NCBI GenBank assembly: GCA_963793425.1
Contig: CAWCAG010000009.1
Span: 224,001 to 288,000, forward strand
DNA length: 64,000 nucleotides
Direction of reading: 5' to 3'
DNA from: an uncultured cyanobacterium
Lineage (GTDB): Bacteria; Cyanobacteriota; Cyanobacteriia; Cyanobacteriales; CAWCAG01
This document shows positions 52,710-63,146 of this stretch, piece after piece; positions within the stretch are counted from its first letter, which is position 1; each line of letters begins with the position of its first letter. Under the pieces are notes generated by a model that saw nothing but the letters and a program-made list of their open reading frames with translations, did no database searches and was not told where the DNA came from. The translations under genes and the position numbers were made by a program.

Positions 52710-53123
52710 ATGCAGAAACTTCATTTTTTGGGTTTAGCTGTTAGTTTATCTATGATTACTGGGGTAACATACACAACTTCTGCCCAGGCTCAAAGTTATT
52801 CTGATATCACAGGTACAAATATTTGGAATAACGTCGCCCCCATTAGTGGCGATGGTTCTCAGTTAGATCCTCAACTAGCAGAAAGAATTGATAGGTTGAA
52901 TCGCGAGTCCGCCGAAGCTTATCAAGAGTGTAACGCAGCTATTACCCTCGCTGAGCAGAATACTCCTTCTACCCGCCGTTATTCCCGGCAACCAAATAAT
53001 AATGTTGCCGTTCCTATTGCTTGTCGGCAATTAGAAACGTTGCGCGTAGAAATGGATGATTTGCGGTTTGCTTTAGCTAATCAGTCTGAATTAACTGCAA
53101 ATACTGACTTTTCTACTTGGTAA
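52710..53123 (+). CDS. Secreted hypothetical protein
   Basis: Signal peptide AQA|Q, AAGGA RBS, one Cys pair. Confidence 0.7.
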   Translation: MQKLHFLGLAVSLSMITGVTYTTSAQAQSYSDITGTNIWNNVAPISGDGSQLDPQLAERIDRLNRESAEAYQECNAAITLAEQNTPSTRRYSRQPNNNVAVPIACRQLETLRVEMDDLRFALANQSELTANTDFSTW

Positions 53124-53155
53124 TTAGTAATGGCTAACTGAAGGAATATTTTGGC

Positions 53156-53788
53156 ATGATGAAAAAGAACAGTTCTAAAAACTATTCGTTGTTTTTAAGT
53201 GCGATCGCCACGGGGTTATTTGGCTTCTTCGCCACCCCAGCCCAAGGACAAGACTTCTTTTCTAATCAAAGTATTGAGTTTGCAGAAGATACTGTGGTTG
53301 AGTTTGAATTTATTCAATCCCACGGTTCTTATCAAGCTACTTTGGGCATTAAAGACGAAACCACCGGGGAAGAAACGGTATTATTTCGGGAAACTCAACC
53401 CTACGACGATTTCGGTTCTTTCACCACACAAAGAAGTTCTACCGGTAACAATGACCTCGGAACTAGTACAGATTTCGTCGGTACAGTAGAAGGCGGAACA
53501 GTTCAGAATCGCTTTAGCGAACAACTATTCAAAGCCGACCGCAAATACAGTTTCTTTTTGGAATCCGTTAGCCCCAGCGGACAAACAAGAAGAACAGTTG
53601 TTTCTACCCAAAACTTTGCCCGATTCAATGGTGGCTTAGATGGTGGTACGGTGGGGAATCAGACTGGTACACAACTAGCTTGGGAAGATGGGGGCCAAGT
53701 TGAGGTTGGTAATGATAGCGATTTTGATGATTTCGTGATTGAGGCTGGAGGTTATTTAATTGATATTGTTTGTCCGCCTTTTGAGTAA
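53156..53788 (+). CDS. Secreted DUF4114-like beta protein
   Basis: Signal peptide; AWED...NDSDFDDFVI motif. Confidence 0.6.
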   Translation: MMKKNSSKNYSLFLSAIATGLFGFFATPAQGQDFFSNQSIEFAEDTVVEFEFIQSHGSYQATLGIKDETTGEETVLFRETQPYDDFGSFTTQRSSTGNNDLGTSTDFVGTVEGGTVQNRFSEQLFKADRKYSFFLESVSPSGQTRRTVVSTQNFARFNGGLDGGTVGNQTGTQLAWEDGGQVEVGNDSDFDDFVIEAGGYLIDIVCPPFE

Positions 53789-53810
53789 TTGCTAACTGCT
53801 AGTTGCAATA

Positions 53811-53868
53811 GTAGGGGCGGGTTTGAAATCAAATTGCGAGATCAACATTAAATTAAATAAACCCGCCC
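53811..53868. repeat. GTAG-type REP palindrome
   Basis: GTAGGGGCGGGTTT...AAACCCGCCC. Confidence 0.7.
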
Positions 53869-53884
53869 AAACCCAAAATCTTGC

Positions 53885-53941
53885 TACCGAAATATAGTGT
53901 CTTTTTCTAAAAAAAATCTCAAACAACACTACATATAGCGT
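53885..53941. promoter_or_regulatory. Tandem NrdR-box-like operators
   Basis: TACCGAAATATAGTGT (53885) and ACACTACATATAGCGT (53926), 41 bp apart, versus consensus acaCwAtATaTwGtgt. Confidence 0.7.
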
Positions 53942-53963
53942 ATGATTTGTAAGTTCCCCATAC

Positions 53964-56960
53964 TTGAGTCAATTGTCCTTCGCCGTGAATCATCTACAGG
54001 AGTGGTCTGCAAGTTGTGTTGATGACCAACTTACTCGTCTTAATGTTATCTCTTTAGAGGGGGCGCAACCCTACGACTATCTTTTTTATTCTGAAGCTAT
54101 TCCCCGCAGAAATGATGGTCGGGTTAGTACTCAATTCCTGAAACGCTACGAACATACAGAAGAAGGAGGTTGGTGGTGTTCGGGAATTGATCTCCTTACT
54201 GGGCATGAGGATAACTGGGGTTGTTTTAAGCCGGAAAAGCCTCGTTACACCGCAGATCGGCAGAAGGTAATTAAATACGAACATCCCCCTAAAGCACCCA
54301 CCGGAGTCTTCGCTTTACGGGTTCCGCTTCATCTTTGGGAACGTATTGCCCATCGCTATCAACAAAAACTTTCTCCCCAAGAAATTGAAACTGGTTTTTG
54401 GCAATGGTTACAGAATCATCCCGAAATTCCTCTTTGTGTTACCGAAGGGGCCAAAAAAGCTGGGGCATTGCTTACGGCTGGTTATGCGGCGATCGCACTT
54501 CCAGGAATTAATGGGGGTTATCGAGTACCGAGGGATGATAGAGGTAGGAGGGTTGGTAAATCTTCACTTATTCCGCAACTCTTAGCCCTTGCTACTGCCG
54601 GAAGAGAGTTTTATCTCGTTTTTGACCAAGATTCTAAACCTCGCACCATTAAAGCTGTTGATGCGGCTATTCGCCGGACGGGTTATTTACTAACTCAGCA
54701 AGGTTGTCCTGTCAAGGTGGTAGTTTGGGAGCAAGAATTTGGTAAGGGAATTGATGATTTAATTGCTATTCGGGGTGAAGATTTTTTTGAGCAGATTTAT
54801 CAACAGGCGGCTTCTTTTGATTATTGGAAGGCAAGATCCTTAAATCGCTTAACCTATCAACCTTATTTCAAAGTTAATCAACGTTATTTACTACCTCTCG
54901 ATATTCCTGAAAATGCCAAGTTAGTTGCCCTAAAATCTGCGAAAGGAACAGGAAAAACTAAATTTTTAGAAGGTGTTGTTAAAGAGGCTTTAGAAAAGGG
55001 GCAGTGGGTTTTAGTTTTGGGGCATCGGGTACGCTTAGTAGAAGCCCTTTGTCAACGTTTTGGGCTGAATTATGTTACGGAAATCAAAGATTCTCAACAG
55101 GACTCCCTTTTAGGTTATGGTTTATGTGTAGACTCTCTTCACCCCAACTCCCAAGCCCAATTTAATGCCCATGATTGGGTCGATGGAGTAGTTATTATTG
55201 ATGAGGTGGAACAAGTCCTTTGGCACGCCCTCAACTCTAGTACCTGTAGCAGTAATCGGGTTGCCATTCTTAAATCATTGAAAACGTTGATGCAAAATGT
55301 TTTAGGAGGCGGGGGTCAAGTTTTTGTTACCGATGCTGACTTAAGTGACTTGGCTTTGGATTATTTAATTGCTTTAGGGGGAGTTGAGATCGAACCTGTG
55401 GTGATTACCAATACCTGGCAACCTGGCATTGAGGAAGCTTGGCAAGTTTATCATTACCCAGAAAGTAAGCCAAAAAGATTATTAAAAGACTTAGAAAAAC
55501 ATATTGCCGAAGGAGGAAAACCCTTTGTTTTTCTTTCTGCCCAAAAGTTAAAAAGTCAGTGGGGAACTTCTAATTTAGAGTCTTATTTACAAAAGCAGTT
55601 TCCTCATAAAAAGATTCTACGTTTAGATTCGGAATCTTTATTAGAACCCAGTCATCCCGCCTCTAATTGCATCACGAAATTAAACCAAGTTCTGCCCCAT
55701 TACGATATTGTTTTAGCTAGTCCGGTAATTGAAACTGGTATCAGTATTGAATTGCAAGGACATTTCACCTCAGTTTGGGCGATCGCCCAAGGAATACAAG
55801 CAGAAAACAGTGTCAGACAATCATTAGGACGCATTAGAGAAAATATCCCCCGCTATCTTTGGGTTGCCCCCTATGGTTTTAATCAAGTGGGGAACGGTTC
55901 AACTTCTATTCCTACTCTCCTTTCTTCTGGGCAACGGCTGACGCAACTTAATGTCCGTTTGTTGCAACAAACAGATTTTGCCTCCCTAGATGACTTGGAT
56001 ACAGGATTTCAAGCAGAATCATTAATGTGTTGGGCAAAAATGGCGGTGCGTTTTAATGCAGGAATGGTGCAATACCGAGAGACAATCTTAACTGCATTGC
56101 AAACAGAAGGGCATCACCTCCAAGAAGCGCCTCCTTCTGTGGTTAATAAAACCAAAAACACCACAAACTCTCTTACCGAGGCGATTACCGAAGTTAGGGA
56201 TCGTAACTATGAAGCGGAATGTCAAGGGATCGCCTTTGCCAAAGATATTAGCGATTCCACCTACAATACCCTCAAAAAACAACTAATCAAAACCCCATCT
56301 CAAAGGAGATCCCAACGCAAGCATGAACTGAAGTTGCGTTATGGCATCCCCGTCACAACTCCCCTAGTGATTAGGGATGATCAAGGTTGGTATCAAAAAA
56401 TTCGTCTCCATTACTTCCTTACTGTCGGAAAAGAACACCTAGCAGAAAGAGATAGGTTAGCGGCCCAAAGGTTAATTAATAGTGGTGAAGGGAGTATCTT
56501 TTTACCGGATTTCAACCGTTCTCAATTAGGGGCAACCATCGGTACAATGGAGATTCTGGGGATTCCTGTGTTGTTGGGGCCGAGGGGAAAGGAATTAAAA
56601 AACACCGATGCAGATTTACAAAAGATGGCACAACTGGCTTTAAGTAACCGTTCGGAAATCAAAACTTTGGTCGGTTTGGGATTAGCGAAAAACTCTAGTC
56701 CGATTATGATTATTCGACGCTTCTTAGATAAAATTGGTTATAGTTTGCAATATCTGCGTTGTGAAAGCCAAGGGAAAAAACGGATTAGGGTTTATCAAAT
56801 TAAAGAACCATTAGACAGTCGTTTTGAGGTGTTTAAGTATTGGTTTGCTGGGGAAGGATGTTACAAAAATCATCATTTAGCAGCAGATTTGTTTCCTTGT
56901 TTAAATAGTAGTGATTATCCTCAAGGAAGTAATCATGTTCAACTTTCTCTTGCTTTATGA
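53964..56960 (+). CDS. CyRepA1-family (DUF3854 TOPRIM-like primase + SF2 helicase) replication protein; likely start GTG 53985
   Basis: KYEHPPK, TEGAKKA, FDQD, KGIDD; SAKGTGKT, IIDEVEQV, QSLGRIR. Confidence 0.88.
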   Translation: MSQLSFAVNHLQEWSASCVDDQLTRLNVISLEGAQPYDYLFYSEAIPRRNDGRVSTQFLKRYEHTEEGGWWCSGIDLLTGHEDNWGCFKPEKPRYTADRQKVIKYEHPPKAPTGVFALRVPLHLWERIAHRYQQKLSPQEIETGFWQWLQNHPEIPLCVTEGAKKAGALLTAGYAAIALPGINGGYRVPRDDRGRRVGKSSLIPQLLALATAGREFYLVFDQDSKPRTIKAVDAAIRRTGYLLTQQGCPVKVVVWEQEFGKGIDDLIAIRGEDFFEQIYQQAASFDYWKARSLNRLTYQPYFKVNQRYLLPLDIPENAKLVALKSAKGTGKTKFLEGVVKEALEKGQWVLVLGHRVRLVEALCQRFGLNYVTEIKDSQQDSLLGYGLCVDSLHPNSQAQFNAHDWVDGVVIIDEVEQVLWHALNSSTCSSNRVAILKSLKTLMQNVLGGGGQVFVTDADLSDLALDYLIALGGVEIEPVVITNTWQPGIEEAWQVYHYPESKPKRLLKDLEKHIAEGGKPFVFLSAQKLKSQWGTSNLESYLQKQFPHKKILRLDSESLLEPSHPASNCITKLNQVLPHYDIVLASPVIETGISIELQGHFTSVWAIAQGIQAENSVRQSLGRIRENIPRYLWVAPYGFNQVGNGSTSIPTLLSSGQRLTQLNVRLLQQTDFASLDDLDTGFQAESLMCWAKMAVRFNAGMVQYRETILTALQTEGHHLQEAPPSVVNKTKNTTNSLTEAITEVRDRNYEAECQGIAFAKDISDSTYNTLKKQLIKTPSQRRSQRKHELKLRYGIPVTTPLVIRDDQGWYQKIRLHYFLTVGKEHLAERDRLAAQRLINSGEGSIFLPDFNRSQLGATIGTMEILGIPVLLGPRGKELKNTDADLQKMAQLALSNRSEIKTLVGLGLAKNSSPIMIIRRFLDKIGYSLQYLRCESQGKKRIRVYQIKEPLDSRFEVFKYWFAGEGCYKNHHLAADLFPCLNSSDYPQGSNHVQLSLAL

Positions 56961-56968
56961 AAAGAAAG

Positions 56969-56995
56969 AAATAGGGTTTGTCTTGCCCTATTTTT
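56969..56995. terminator. Bidirectional hairpin terminator
   Basis: AAATAGGG...CCCTATTT with T/A runs on both sides. Confidence 0.65.
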
Positions 56996-56999
56996 AAGC

Positions 57000-57164
57000 T
57001 AATGTTACGAAATATGAATCGATTTTTGCCGTTTTTTGCTATTTTCCCCTTGACAAGGTAAAATTAATTTAGATAATCGGAATATTGATAACTTTTTGAA
57101 AAAGGGTATCTATTTCCCATTAGAAAATAATACTATTAAAGGTGAAAAGAATCAATAGGAAGAT
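57000..57164. repeat. Dispersed intergenic element, copy 3
   Basis: Ungapped match to copies 1 and 2 (TTGACA at 57050). Confidence 0.82.
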
Positions 57165-57227
57165 TATTTTTATTCCTCCTGCTGTACCGTTGCTTTCTTT
57201 AATTATGGTTTTAATTTGAGGAGATAT

Positions 57228-57999
57228 CTAATTCATTGCTGACTGGAAATCGGCTTCTTGTTTGGTTAATTCCGCTTCTTTGGTTAAAAAACCTGCTTTT
57301 CCTTCACAACTTCCTTGAGATTCTACCATCGCTTCAGCATACTCAACCAATCTTTCCTTATCTTGGAACCTTTCTAACCGAATCCAATCAATACCAAAAC
57401 GAGCGCCTAAAATACCACCGCAAATAGGCGATGAGGGCAGCCACTGTGTAGGTGACAGCATAGGACAAAGCCCCTGCCCGTATATCAGCATGGGTGGTTA
57501 AACTAGCTTCCATAGTAGCTTGGGCTAAAACTTGGGGGTGATGCCAAAAAATGCCTCCTAAAGGTGCAACCCGCATCGCTGCCCCCATTCCAGCGGAAGC
57601 ACTGCCACTATGTTCAGGAAGATTGCCTTTTTTTAATCGATTTACAGCCCCTGAGAAGTTGCGGCCGTAACCTCGCCAAGTTCCTCTGGCCATTCCTTTG
57701 ACTAAAATATCAGCCCAAGCTGCTTTTGACCATTTCCCTTCTTCCAAACAAAGATTAATCAGTGCCAAAGCTTGTTGAGTATCATCAGAATGGAGTCCTA
57801 AAGGTCGGAGGCGCTTGAGCTTGTTAGAATTAAGTTTGTTGATTTGTTCTAAAGGATATTCTTGGGGTAATTCTTGATATTGACCATAAACAGTTTCTAT
57901 TTCCCAATCTCGCCACCCTTCTACCGGGCAACCGAGAATATCTCCCCAGGCTAAACCAAGGAGAGAACCTTTGATTCGTTGTTCTTGGCTTAGCAGCAT
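57228..57999 (-). pseudogene. ADP-ribosylglycohydrolase with an out-of-frame internal deletion
   Basis: GLAWGDILGCPVE, SDDTQQ, GAAMRVAP, THA; jumps near 57430 to ICGGILGARFG and lacks the D-x-D-T segment. Confidence 0.8.
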
Positions 58000-58012
58000 T
58001 TGTTACCAACTA

Positions 58013-59335
58013 TCAAAAGTAGCGTGTTCCTGAATCTGTTTGGCTCAGTAATAAAATATCATCTAACATCTTAGTCATATATTCTACCTTAGTTTGAATG
58101 CGTGTTAGGTAGCGTTGCTTTTTTTCTTCATTCCATTGATTACCATAATGACTTAACAGTTCTGTCGCGCCGAGTATAGTGGTTAAAGGAGTGCGAAACT
58201 CGTGGGAAGTTGTCGTTACAAAACGAGTTTTTAGTTCATTGAGTTCCTTTTCTTTGGTTAGTGCTTTTTGTAATTCTTGTTCTGCTTGTTTACGTTCAGT
58301 AATATCAATCCCTACGAAGACGGCGGCTTGTCCTTGGCTGTACTTCCTAGAAACAATTAAATAAGTTACCAAACAATTGTTTTGTTCAATTTCTATCTCA
58401 ACAGAATCTTGTTGTAAAGAACAAGCAAAAAAGTGTTTTGTATACTCACTAAAGGGGGTGTAAGAATTAAAAACTTCAATGGGTTGGTTAATGAATTCTT
58501 CAGGAGTTGCCTGAGAAAGTTCTGCTAATTGTTGATTAACTCCTAAGTATTTTAAATCAGCACTAATCCAAGAAATACAACCCGGTACAGCATCCAAAAC
58601 GGCTTGTAATTGAGCATTGGTTTGTTGCCAGGCTTTTTCTACTTGATGGAAAATAATCGCTTCTTTATTTAATTCTGATTTTGTTGTTTCTAGGTCATCG
58701 GTGCGTTCTTTTAATAAAAGTTGTAAATCTTCATTGCGTTTCTTCAAAGAAGATTTAACTTGTTTACTTGCTACTAATTCTTGTTGCACATTTTCATAAA
58801 GCTCATGTTGTTCAACAGCAATTCCTAGTTGATCAGTAAAATGTTTGAGGTGATTAATCTTTTGCTGATTTCCTGGGCTATACTCTGATAAATTAGCTAG
58901 ACCTTCAAGCAAGTTGCTTTCTGTCATAACCCCTTGCAATTCTCCTTCACTTCCTACCACTACTAAATGGCTGATTTGCTGCTGAACCATTTCTTGATAA
59001 GCTTGCTCGATATGAGTAGAAGATTCTGTACAGAACAAAGAACTACTCATGATTGTTTGGGCTAATATTCGCTGTAAATTTTGTCCCCTGGCTATAAGTT
59101 GGAAAATATCTTGGCTAGTGATAATACCAATTGGTATAGTTAAACGAGAATCATTTGTTTCTGTGATAACCACGTAACCAACACTATTTTCTGCCATCTG
59201 CTGTACTATTTCCAACCCTAATGCCATTGCACTAGCTTGGATAATATCCGTTGTCATAAAATCAGATACTTGAGGTTGATTATTACAATTAGTCTCGATC
59301 ACAGAAAGAGAATTAGGCGGATTATTCAGATGCAT
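58013..59335 (-). pseudogene. CBS-(GAF remnant)-PAS-HisKA kinase lacking the HATPase domain
   Basis: CBS pair, GAF tail (QLGIAVEQHELY), PAS, SHEFRTPL, then a stop before any N/G boxes. Confidence 0.75.
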
Positions 59336-59471
59336 GATTGCTTATTCTTTGTGGTCTTACCAAAAAAGATGTAAGTTCTTATCTAAGCTATTAACAACTA
59401 TTATCTAAGGTCAATGTAGATTATTGTGTATACGTTTAGGGTTGATTTGAGCTTTTTTCTTAATAACTATT

Positions 59472-61310
59472 TTGGGCTGTAAAAAAGCACTTAAATTAGT
59501 AGAATTATTAAGCGAGTTTAGCCAATTAAAAAAACAAGTAAACCTGATGTTTTTCAGTAAGAATATTTACTTAAGTGTTATTGATTCAAACAGAAAGAAG
59601 TTTTTCTGCTTAGTTGTGTTTTTCTGCCAACTTCTTCCTAATAGTAGCTTAGCCCAAGAAAGCGCTATCTATAGCTATGAAGACATATTTCATCCTGTGG
59701 TTAGTGAAAATGGCATGGTTGCTTCCCAAGAAGCCCTAGCTACTCAGGCAGGATTGCAAGTTTTGCAAGAAGGAGGAAATGCCGTTGATGCAGCAGTAAC
59801 TGTGGCTTTCACCTTAGCTGTCACTTTACCACGGGCAGGCAATATTGGGGGTGGGGGGTTTATGCTCGTTCATTTAAGTGAGGGCAACGAAACTATTGCC
59901 ATTGACTACCGGGAAAAAGCCCCCCAAGCAGCAACTAGAGATATGTTTCTTGATGCTGAGGGGGAAGTTGAGCAAGAAAAGTCGCGGTTTAGTCATTTGG
60001 CGGTAGGAGTACCGGGAACAGTTGCCGGGATGAGTTTAGCTCTAGAAAAGTATGGCACAATTTCTTTAGAGCGTGCCTTACAACCAGCTATTGAATTAGC
60101 AGAAAAAGGTTTTATAGTTGATGAGGATTTAAGCAACTCTTTATTGGGGATGAAAAAATATTTACAGTTGCATCCTGCTAGTCGAGAAATCTTTTTTAAA
60201 GAAGGAGAAGTTGCTTATAAAGTTGGGGATCTACTGGTACAAAAAGACCTTGCTAATAGCCTTAAGTTAATTGCTACTGAAGGGAAAGAAGCATTTTATC
60301 AAGGTACTATTGCTGATAAAATCGCGACTGAAATGGTAGAGAATGGGGGGTTAATTACTAAAGAAGATTTAGCCGCTTATGAACCAGTAATTCGCCAACC
60401 AATTAAGGGAAATTATCGCAGTTATCAAATTTATTCTATGCCTCCTCCTAGTTCAGGAGGAGTTCATTTAGTACAGATGTTAAATATCTTAGACAACTTC
60501 CCCATTGAAACATCAGGACATAATACTGCTCGAACAATTCATTTAATGGCGGAAACCATGAAATTTGCCTATGCAGATCGTTCTCGTTATTTAGGAGATA
60601 GCGATTTTGTTGATGTTCCCTTAGCTTGGTTAACTTCTCAAAGTTACGCCCGCCAGTTAGCAGCAAAAATTGATTTTAAGCAAGCAACTCCCAGCCAAAA
60701 TATTGCTCCCGGCAACCCTATTAGGCAAGAAAGTAACGACACCACCCATTATTCTATTGTTGATAGTTATGGCAACGCGGTATCTAATACTTATACCCTA
60801 AACTTTAGCTACGGTAGCGGTATTGTTGTGCCAGGGACAGGAATTTTATTAAACAATCAAATGGATGATTTTTCCGCTAAATCTGGAGTCCCTAACGCCT
60901 ATGGTTTAATTGGGGGAGAATTTAATGCCATTGAACCAGAAAAAAGAATGCTTAGTTCCATGACACCAACCATTGTTACCAAAGATGGTAAACCATTTTT
61001 AGTTACCGGTTCTCCTGGGGGAAGTCGCATCATTACCACCACTCTCCAAGTAATCATGAATGTGATTGACCACAAAATGAATATCGCCACAGCAACTAAT
61101 GCGGTAAGGGTTCATCATCAATGGCTACCAGACGAACTAAGAATAGAGCGGGGGTTAAACGAGGATACTATTAGTTTATTAAAAGAGAAAGGTCATGAAG
61201 TCAATGTTCAAGAGGCTATGGGAAGTACACAAAGTGTTATGAGCATAGAAGGTAAATTATACGGTGCTTCTGACCCTCGCAAACCAGGTGCTTTAACTTT
61301 AGGTTATTAA
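59472..61310 (+). CDS. ggt: Gamma-glutamyltransferase (exported; start uncertain)
   Basis: GGNAVDAAV, DYREKAP, TTHYSIVD, LNNQMDDF, SSMTPT, GSPGGSRI. Confidence 0.95.
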   Translation: MGCKKALKLVELLSEFSQLKKQVNLMFFSKNIYLSVIDSNRKKFFCLVVFFCQLLPNSSLAQESAIYSYEDIFHPVVSENGMVASQEALATQAGLQVLQEGGNAVDAAVTVAFTLAVTLPRAGNIGGGGFMLVHLSEGNETIAIDYREKAPQAATRDMFLDAEGEVEQEKSRFSHLAVGVPGTVAGMSLALEKYGTISLERALQPAIELAEKGFIVDEDLSNSLLGMKKYLQLHPASREIFFKEGEVAYKVGDLLVQKDLANSLKLIATEGKEAFYQGTIADKIATEMVENGGLITKEDLAAYEPVIRQPIKGNYRSYQIYSMPPPSSGGVHLVQMLNILDNFPIETSGHNTARTIHLMAETMKFAYADRSRYLGDSDFVDVPLAWLTSQSYARQLAAKIDFKQATPSQNIAPGNPIRQESNDTTHYSIVDSYGNAVSNTYTLNFSYGSGIVVPGTGILLNNQMDDFSAKSGVPNAYGLIGGEFNAIEPEKRMLSSMTPTIVTKDGKPFLVTGSPGGSRIITTTLQVIMNVIDHKMNIATATNAVRVHHQWLPDELRIERGLNEDTISLLKEKGHEVNVQEAMGSTQSVMSIEGKLYGASDPRKPGALTLGY

Positions 61311-61392
61311 CTTAAATCCAAAAATTGGGTATATTGCCTCCTAGTTACTTCCTTATAAGCTGGCTCATTTATAATTTTCAGGAAAGCAAATA

Positions 61393-61869
61393 ATGTCGAA
61401 ACCTTTTAAATATCTTCTCGCTGTCTTAGCAGTAATTGCCGTTGGCTTAGGATTATGGCAAGTTTATAATATCTTTTTTGCTAATAGTGGTGGTGATGCT
61501 GAAGTAGTTACTGAACCTCCTGCGGGTGAAGCCCCGGTTGTGACAGAATCTCCTGCTGCTGCTGAGTCTCCTGCTGCTACAGGTGAATCTCCCGCAGAAA
61601 CAGAATCCCCGGCTGCCGCTGCCCCAGCAGATGCCCCAGCTTCAGAAGTTCCTTTCTATGATGCAGTGAAAAATGCCCAAGAAGCTGCTAGTTTAACTCA
61701 AACAGCACAAACTCAAGAAGAGTGGCAAGAAGTCGCAACCTCGTGGCAAGATGCGATCGCCTTGATGAAAGCTATCCCGGAAGGAGATACTAATTATGAA
61801 GTGGCACAGGAAAAAGTGGGAGAATATGAAGGCTATTTGCAATATGCTCAGAAGAATGCGGGGAATTAG
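61393..61869 (+). CDS. Membrane-anchored protein with a Pro/Ala/Glu linker and a cyanobacterial helical domain
   Basis: N-terminal TM, ESPA repeats, W..VA..W..AI..M..IP motif. Confidence 0.75.
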   Translation: MSKPFKYLLAVLAVIAVGLGLWQVYNIFFANSGGDAEVVTEPPAGEAPVVTESPAAAESPAATGESPAETESPAAAAPADAPASEVPFYDAVKNAQEAASLTQTAQTQEEWQEVATSWQDAIALMKAIPEGDTNYEVAQEKVGEYEGYLQYAQKNAGN

Positions 61870-61870
61870 A

Positions 61871-61938
61871 TAATGGCTAATGGCTAATGGCTAATGGCTA
61901 GTTGTTTTCTCCCCAGCTCCCCAACTCCCCAGCTCCCC
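61871..61938. repeat. Composite STRR (as at 19338-19418)
   Basis: (TAATGGC)4 TAGTTGTTTT CTCCCCAG units. Confidence 0.85.
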
Positions 61939-61970
61939 TTTCTAGCAAACATTCAATAGATTAAAAAAAG

Positions 61971-62975
61971 GTGCGATCGCCAACTTATACTCAAACCCCT
62001 TGGCAAGAAACTTACAGTGAAATCATTGATGTGCGTTCAGAAGGTGAGTTTAGAGAAGATCATTTTCCTGGGGCGATTAATTTACCTGTACTTAATAACT
62101 GCGAAAGGGAGAAGGTGGGAACCATCTATAAACAAAATTCTCCCTTTGCTGCCCGTAAAATTGGTGCTGCTTTAGTTACCCAAAATATGTCGGGCTACCT
62201 CAGCGATTATTTTGCTAACCAGGGGAAAGATTATCATCCCTTGATTTATTGTTGGCGTGGGGGACAACGTTCCTATAGTATGGCAATTATTTTGTCTCAA
62301 ATTGGCTGGCGTACCACCATAATTGAAGGGGGTTATAAAACCTATCGCGCCTATGTACGAGAACAACTTTCTCAACTGCCGCAAAAGTTTACCTACAAAG
62401 TTTTATGCGGCTTAACGGGTACGGGTAAGACTCATATTTTGCAAAATTTCGCCCATGAAGGTAGGCAAGTATTAGACTTAGAAGCGATCGCGAATCACCG
62501 TGGTTCATTATTAGGGGAAGCCTGGCTGGGGCAACCTCAATCTCAACCTTCCCAAAAACGTTTTGAATCTCTGCTGCTAGAAAAATTACAACAGTTTGAT
62601 CTACAAAAGCCAGTTTGGGTAGAATCAGAAAGCAACAAAATTGGCAAATGCCACTTACCTCCTGCCCTTTGGCAAATGATGAAGCGAGGAAGTTGTGTAG
62701 AAGTTCAATTACCCTTAGAAGCAAGAATTGATGGGTTGTTGCAAGAATATCCTCATTTAATCGCCAATCCTAACTTTTTAAAAGATAAACTCAAGATGTT
62801 AACATCCCGCTATGGTAAAGCAAAAATTACTCAGTGGTGTAACTTAATTGATCAGGGTAAGTGGCGAGAATTGGTAGGAGATTTATTAACCCATCATTAT
62901 GATCCTAGTTATCAGCGATCGCTCAACAAAACCTATTCATCATTAAACATTGAACATTTATCATTTATCATTTAA
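61971..62975 (+). CDS. mnmH: tRNA 2-selenouridine synthase MnmH/SelU
   Basis: Rhodanese IDVRS..CWRGGQRS, P-loop GLTGTGKT, LDLEAIANHRGS, ESESNKIG, HYDPSY. Confidence 0.92.
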   Translation: MRSPTYTQTPWQETYSEIIDVRSEGEFREDHFPGAINLPVLNNCEREKVGTIYKQNSPFAARKIGAALVTQNMSGYLSDYFANQGKDYHPLIYCWRGGQRSYSMAIILSQIGWRTTIIEGGYKTYRAYVREQLSQLPQKFTYKVLCGLTGTGKTHILQNFAHEGRQVLDLEAIANHRGSLLGEAWLGQPQSQPSQKRFESLLLEKLQQFDLQKPVWVESESNKIGKCHLPPALWQMMKRGSCVEVQLPLEARIDGLLQEYPHLIANPNFLKDKLKMLTSRYGKAKITQWCNLIDQGKWRELVGDLLTHHYDPSYQRSLNKTYSSLNIEHLSFII

Positions 62976-63146
62976 CAGATAGACATTGCATTCTCTATTC
63001 TTGCCCATAAACTACCAAGAAATTAATTTCTTGGCTAACAGCTAAAGTCATCTGAAGATGACTGGGAGGTTGATTCCTTGCTAGGCATTGGTGACAATTT
63101 AAGTAAAAGTCCAATCTGTCAAACCCCTGTCGTTAGATTCAGCAAC

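Noticed and set aside
53964..56960. Integrated plasmid or prophage around the Rep gene
   Set aside because: No integrase, partition, conjugation or phage structural genes and no att repeats flank it.
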